The notes under the pieces: generated by a model
Database searches by the model: none
Told to the model about the DNA's origin: nothing
The model's input: the letters and a program-made list of their open reading frames with translations, nothing else
Part shown: positions 60,115 through 64,000 of the stretch, piece after piece
How the letters are laid out: each line of letters opens with the position of its first letter
Numbering within the stretch: position 1 is the stretch's first letter
Translations under genes and position numbers: made by a program
Source of the DNA: Ignisphaera sp.
GTDB lineage: Archaea; Thermoproteota; Thermoprotei_A; Sulfolobales; Ignisphaeraceae
Length of the DNA: 64,000 nucleotides
Direction of reading: 5' to 3'
Assembly: GCA_038821645.1 (NCBI GenBank)
Contig: JAWBDT010000004.1
Location: 1 to 64,000 of the forward strand

Positions 60115-61491
60115 CTATGAGGTTTCATCTATACTGCATAAATAGTTAGATATTTCCTCTAAACATTCATCTACTTCATTGTTATCGAGTATAAAGGACT
60201 TCATTCCTCTCCTCCATATGTAGAGTTTATAGTTTTGTTTGTTCTCTGTAGAAATAAACTTCATAACTATATCGGATAGAACTGAAAATATGTTGCTTAA
60301 TTCATCATTGATTTTAGATGCAATTCTAACAACAATCTTGTGTTTTTGTTTAAGTATATTTATTTGATTGTATAGAGATGAGATATAAACTGGATTACGA
60401 TACTCAATAATAGCTGGTATCTCTACAGAATGAAATATAATAACATCGGCTGCAGCTTCATCTATTAGGCTATACTCTTTAGCGAGACCTTCTGAAATAC
60501 TGTAGGCATATGGATTCATGCTCTTGAGAATAACGTTCTTTTGTAAGATGGTCTTCACTTTATCTACATTACTACAAAATCTCCTAAAAACTCTTAGCAG
60601 TAGTTCAGTCATTGTTTCAGGAGAGTAGAGGTAGCTTATGATCAAGGTTTTTAGGTTGTTTCTAAAAGCAATTCCAAGTATGAGTGGTGCCGCTTCTACA
60701 GCTCTTAGATCTGCTGGATACTCAATATATATGCTATGTCCCCTATGTATATGGTCTAGAGTTTCTTTAAGTGATCTACAGGGAGGCTCGAGTTCTACTC
60801 CTGGTCTACCTACTTCAGAAAGTATGGGAGGTACAAATACCTTTACTCCATCACTTGACGATATTGTGTAAGGTATTTCTGCTAAAGTTATGGGTACTCC
60901 TCTAGCTTTTCTAACCTCTATATATCTAGTGAGTAAGCCTCGCTCAATTCTGTGTTTAAGAATTAGAACAGCATCTGCTACAAACTCTATAGAGCCAATA
61001 TCAACTCTTTCTATATCTATAGGAAGTTCAGCAACAAGGATAGTAACACCTTTTATTATATCAGGAATAGCATAGAAATAGTTCTGTAGCCATGCTCTTC
61101 TATCAGGAGATTCTACAACCTGTAGCAAAGTATTTATAGAGTCTATTACAACAATTTTCGGATTCCAACTAGATATAGCTTTGTTAATAGATTCTACAGC
61201 TTCTTCAACATTCTTTATAATAGGTATTCTGATAAATATGTATAAACCTTTCTTTTCAAGGTCATAGAAATTCATACCAAGATTCTTCATAACTCTGTAA
61301 AGTTTTTCCTTAGTCTCTTGAAAAGATACATATAAACATCTGTATCCTCTTAATGCGTTTGAGTAGCATATTGTTGATGCAAGTGTTGTTTTACCTGAAC
61401 CAGGATGACCAGCAATAACAACCATAGAACCAGGGTAAAGTAGCTCTGGGAGAAGTTTATCAAGTTCATCAATACCTATCGAAAAGTGCAT
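60115..61491 (-). CDS. KaiC/RAD55-family ATPase with a degenerate second domain
   Basis: GIDELD, GHPGSGKT, VVIDS, EVRKARG; second half lacks a Walker A motif. Confidence 0.85.
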   Translation of the reverse strand: MHFSIGIDELDKLLPELLYPGSMVVIAGHPGSGKTTLASTICYSNALRGYRCLYVSFQETKEKLYRVMKNLGMNFYDLEKKGLYIFIRIPIIKNVEEAVESINKAISSWNPKIVVIDSINTLLQVVESPDRRAWLQNYFYAIPDIIKGVTILVAELPIDIERVDIGSIEFVADAVLILKHRIERGLLTRYIEVRKARGVPITLAEIPYTISSSDGVKVFVPPILSEVGRPGVELEPPCRSLKETLDHIHRGHSIYIEYPADLRAVEAAPLILGIAFRNNLKTLIISYLYSPETMTELLLRVFRRFCSNVDKVKTILQKNVILKSMNPYAYSISEGLAKEYSLIDEAAADVIIFHSVEIPAIIEYRNPVYISSLYNQINILKQKHKIVVRIASKINDELSNIFSVLSDIVMKFISTENKQNYKLYIWRRGMKSFILDNNEVDECLEEISNYLCSIDETS

Positions 61492-61815
61492 ATCGCTTAA
61501 CCTTTTAGCTCTAAAAGAGAAGTTAGTGGTATTAGACCATTTAAATCTATATCATGGTAAATAGATACGACATTGGAAAAACAATAATTATCAAGACTCA
61601 ACATAAATCTGTAACAAATGTTTAACCTAGTGTATAAACCTATTGATGCTCTGTTTCTGTATAAGCAGAATAAATAGTCTGTATCAGTAAAACTTAAGAA
61701 ACTCTCTGATAGCTAAAGTGAAAACAGCTACAATACGCAATTGATGTATAATCACCTAATATAATTGAATAAAAAGTATTCATAAATTAAAGACAGATCT
61801 ACACTATTAAACAGT

Positions 61816-61893
61816 TCAGCTACTTTTCTGCCTCCTACCACACCCTCTTCTACTCTTTTTTGTTTCCTCTTTCTTTTCTACATCTCCACTCAT
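61816..61893 (-). CDS. Putative 25-aa charged peptide MSGDVEKKEETKKSRRGCGRRQKSS
   Basis: GGTGAT SD 8 nt before the ATG; TTATATA about 40 nt upstream. Confidence 0.4.
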   Translation of the reverse strand: MSGDVEKKEETKKSRRGCGRRQKSS

Positions 61894-62070
61894 GTTTACA
61901 AATCACCAAGATAATGATTAATGTGTTAAACTATATAAGCTGAGAGGTCTAAGTACAGTTAATTAGTTTATGGGAAACGGTTGCAGTAATCTATATATAA
62001 CTATAGTAACAGTCTGGTTTAGAGTGCTACATAGCCATCAACACAACAATAAGTACTCTGGTGTATAGCA

Positions 62071-63057
62071 TTGACTAAAGCTATAGAGGTTAGAGACGTT
62101 ATCAAGAGGTATAGAGTTAAAAAGAGATTAGGGATTTTTAAGTCTATTACAGAATTCATTGATGCTTTAAAGGGGGTGAGCTTTACTGTAGACTATGGCG
62201 AGGTTGTGGGTCTTCTAGGACCTAACGGAGCTGGTAAAACAACAACAATAAAAATCTTATCGACACTCCTTCTTCCAGATGGTGGTGAAGCTTATGTAGC
62301 TGGCTATAATGTTGTTGAAGAGCAGAACGAGGTTAGAAAGAGAATAGGCATAATGCTGTCGGTCGAGAAAGGATTTTATGGTAAATTGACTGGACGAGAA
62401 AATCTAGAATATTTTGCAGCACTTTATGGACTAGATGGTAAGAGATCTAGAGAAAGAATAGATTATTTGTTGAAGCTTCTAGAGCTCGACAAACTTGGAG
62501 GCGATTATAAGCTCTTTGAAGAGTTTAGTTTAGGAATGAAGGCTAGATTAAGTTTAGCTAGAGCTCTTCTAAGTGATGCACCTATACTTCTTCTTGATGA
62601 ACCTACACTAGGGTTAGATCCACCTAGTGCACGAAAGATAAGAGAGCTTGTTAAAGATCTGGCTCGTAGAGAGAACAAGGCTATTCTGTATACTACTCAC
62701 AATATGTTTGAAGCTGAACTCGTATGTGACAAGATTCTCTTAATAAACAAGGGAAGAATAGTAGCTGATGGTACGCCACAAGAGCTTAAGTCTCGTATAC
62801 CAAAGCTTAAGGTAATTACATTGAATATCAGAGGAGAAGGATCCATAGATAAAGTTCTAAAGGATCTAGAGGAAAAGTACGAGTTTAAGGAAGAGGATGG
62901 CATCTATGAAGTTAGAATTCATGTTCGTAGACCTGAAGAAGTATTTAACGAAACTGTTAGAAAGTTCATAAATAATGGTTTCGAGATTCTATCTGCTAGA
63001 ATAGAAGAACCAACACTTGAAGATGTGTTTATATACTTTAGCGAGGGATCTAGTTGA
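62071..63057 (+). CDS. ABC exporter ATP-binding protein
   Basis: GPNGAGKTT, FSLGMKAR, LLLDEPT, YTTH, EEPTLEDVF. Confidence 0.94.
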   Translation: MTKAIEVRDVIKRYRVKKRLGIFKSITEFIDALKGVSFTVDYGEVVGLLGPNGAGKTTTIKILSTLLLPDGGEAYVAGYNVVEEQNEVRKRIGIMLSVEKGFYGKLTGRENLEYFAALYGLDGKRSRERIDYLLKLLELDKLGGDYKLFEEFSLGMKARLSLARALLSDAPILLLDEPTLGLDPPSARKIRELVKDLARRENKAILYTTHNMFEAELVCDKILLINKGRIVADGTPQELKSRIPKLKVITLNIRGEGSIDKVLKDLEEKYEFKEEDGIYEVRIHVRRPEEVFNETVRKFINNGFEILSARIEEPTLEDVFIYFSEGSS

Positions 63058-63857
63058 GTTTCATAGTGTTGCTTAAAGCTGAATATATGCTTGTCTACAG
63101 CGAGATTATGAGAAGGAAATCAGCGTTAATGGCTATCATAATCTATCCATACCTTTTTGCAGGACTAACACTATTTGTAGGATTTTTTGCAGGATCTCCA
63201 CAATCTTTTGTAGAAAGAGTTGGTATAGATCCTATAGTATTTATGGTTACTGCAAGCTATATGATAATGGCTATAACAACTGGTGTAGATGATATACTTT
63301 GGAGACCATTGAGTGATTTGTGGATAGGTACGTTAATATATATCATTGCATCTCCTGTGAATAAGCTGAAGTTATTTATGGCTATGCCTATACCTAGACT
63401 AACTCTTCTCCTTATGATGGGTTTCACAAGCATACTTCCTGTATATGTAGCTTTCTATGGTCTATACGGAATATCTCTAACAATAGTTGTTATTGCTCTT
63501 TCAGCTATCGGTGCTCTAGTTATGACACCTTTAGGTATAGCTATCTCTGGATTAATGCATATAGTTAGCGATAGTTGGAGAATTCTCAACATAGTTAGAC
63601 CCTTGCTATTTGTGTTTCTAGGTGCATACTATCCAAGAATGTTTATGCCTTTAGTACTTCGATTAATAAGCTACTCTATACCGTCTTCATATACAGTTGA
63701 ATTAGTGCAGAGACTACTCATAGGTATAGCTAGTACAGATGTTATTATTCTCCTTGGACTATCTATAGCTCTTGCAACAATATATGTACCTCTAGGTAGA
63801 AGGAGCATAAGGTATTGGGAGAAAAAGAAGGTGAAAGAAGGTGTTAAAGCTCATTAA
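63054..63857 (+). CDS. ABC-2 type permease
   Basis: About six TM segments; GTLIYIIASP; GAYYP; overlaps the ATPase gene. Confidence 0.85.
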   Translation: MSFIVLLKAEYMLVYSEIMRRKSALMAIIIYPYLFAGLTLFVGFFAGSPQSFVERVGIDPIVFMVTASYMIMAITTGVDDILWRPLSDLWIGTLIYIIASPVNKLKLFMAMPIPRLTLLLMMGFTSILPVYVAFYGLYGISLTIVVIALSAIGALVMTPLGIAISGLMHIVSDSWRILNIVRPLLFVFLGAYYPRMFMPLVLRLISYSIPSSYTVELVQRLLIGIASTDVIILLGLSIALATIYVPLGRRSIRYWEKKKVKEGVKAH

Positions 63858-64000
63858 GAGAGCCTATATGGTTTTCAAAGCCTATGCTGTTTCAGATCTA
63901 CTTAGAAGCAAAGGATTTGTGTTTGGTCTCGTCAGTATGTCCATATGGTTTACGCTGTTCATTTCACCAATAATTCTATTCATTGACTCGAGCTTCAATC
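63841..64000 (+). CDS. Second ABC permease (partial, runs off the window end)
   Basis: GTG TTA AAG... open to the end: MLKLIKRAYMVFKAYAVSDLLRSKGFVFGLVSMSIWFTLFISPIILF. Confidence 0.65.
   Translation, partial: MLKLIKRAYMVFKAYAVSDLLRSKGFVFGLVSMSIWFTLFISPIILFIDSSFN

Overview
AT-rich archaeal chromosome segment, most consistent with a hyperthermophilic crenarchaeon (Thermoproteota, Desulfurococcales-like; inferred from gene content, BHB tRNA introns and GGTGA Shine-Dalgarno motifs). It opens with the edge of a probable integrated element: a frameshifted HTH-integrase-like gene just downstream of tRNA-Arg(GCG). Then come housekeeping blocks: hppA, cdc6, ahcY, rnz, Trm11, prs, GPN GTPase, TFB/Gar1/SRP19/S8e, Sm/L37e, rtcA, nadM, aCPSF1/psmB, egsA and a purC-S-Q-L-F-F'-D-T operon. 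The more accessory right half holds an orphan type IV pilin plus ATPase, a SipW-like signal peptidase with two related candidate fibre subunits, a HerA-NurA-HD trio lacking mre11/rad50, iorAB enclosed by two inverted paaK paralogues that share identical tracts, a KaiC-like ATPase and an ABC exporter. Reading the DNA directly adds 4 tRNAs (2 with BHB introns), 3 C/D-box and 1 H/ACA guide RNA candidates, small ORFs below the track cutoff, a second tRNA-like acceptor stem enclosing tRNA-iMet, a probable CTG start for the Sm gene and a -1 frameshift separating the signal peptidase start codon from its catalytic frame. No CRISPR array or rRNA is visible. Products are called from motif recognition only; no searches were run.
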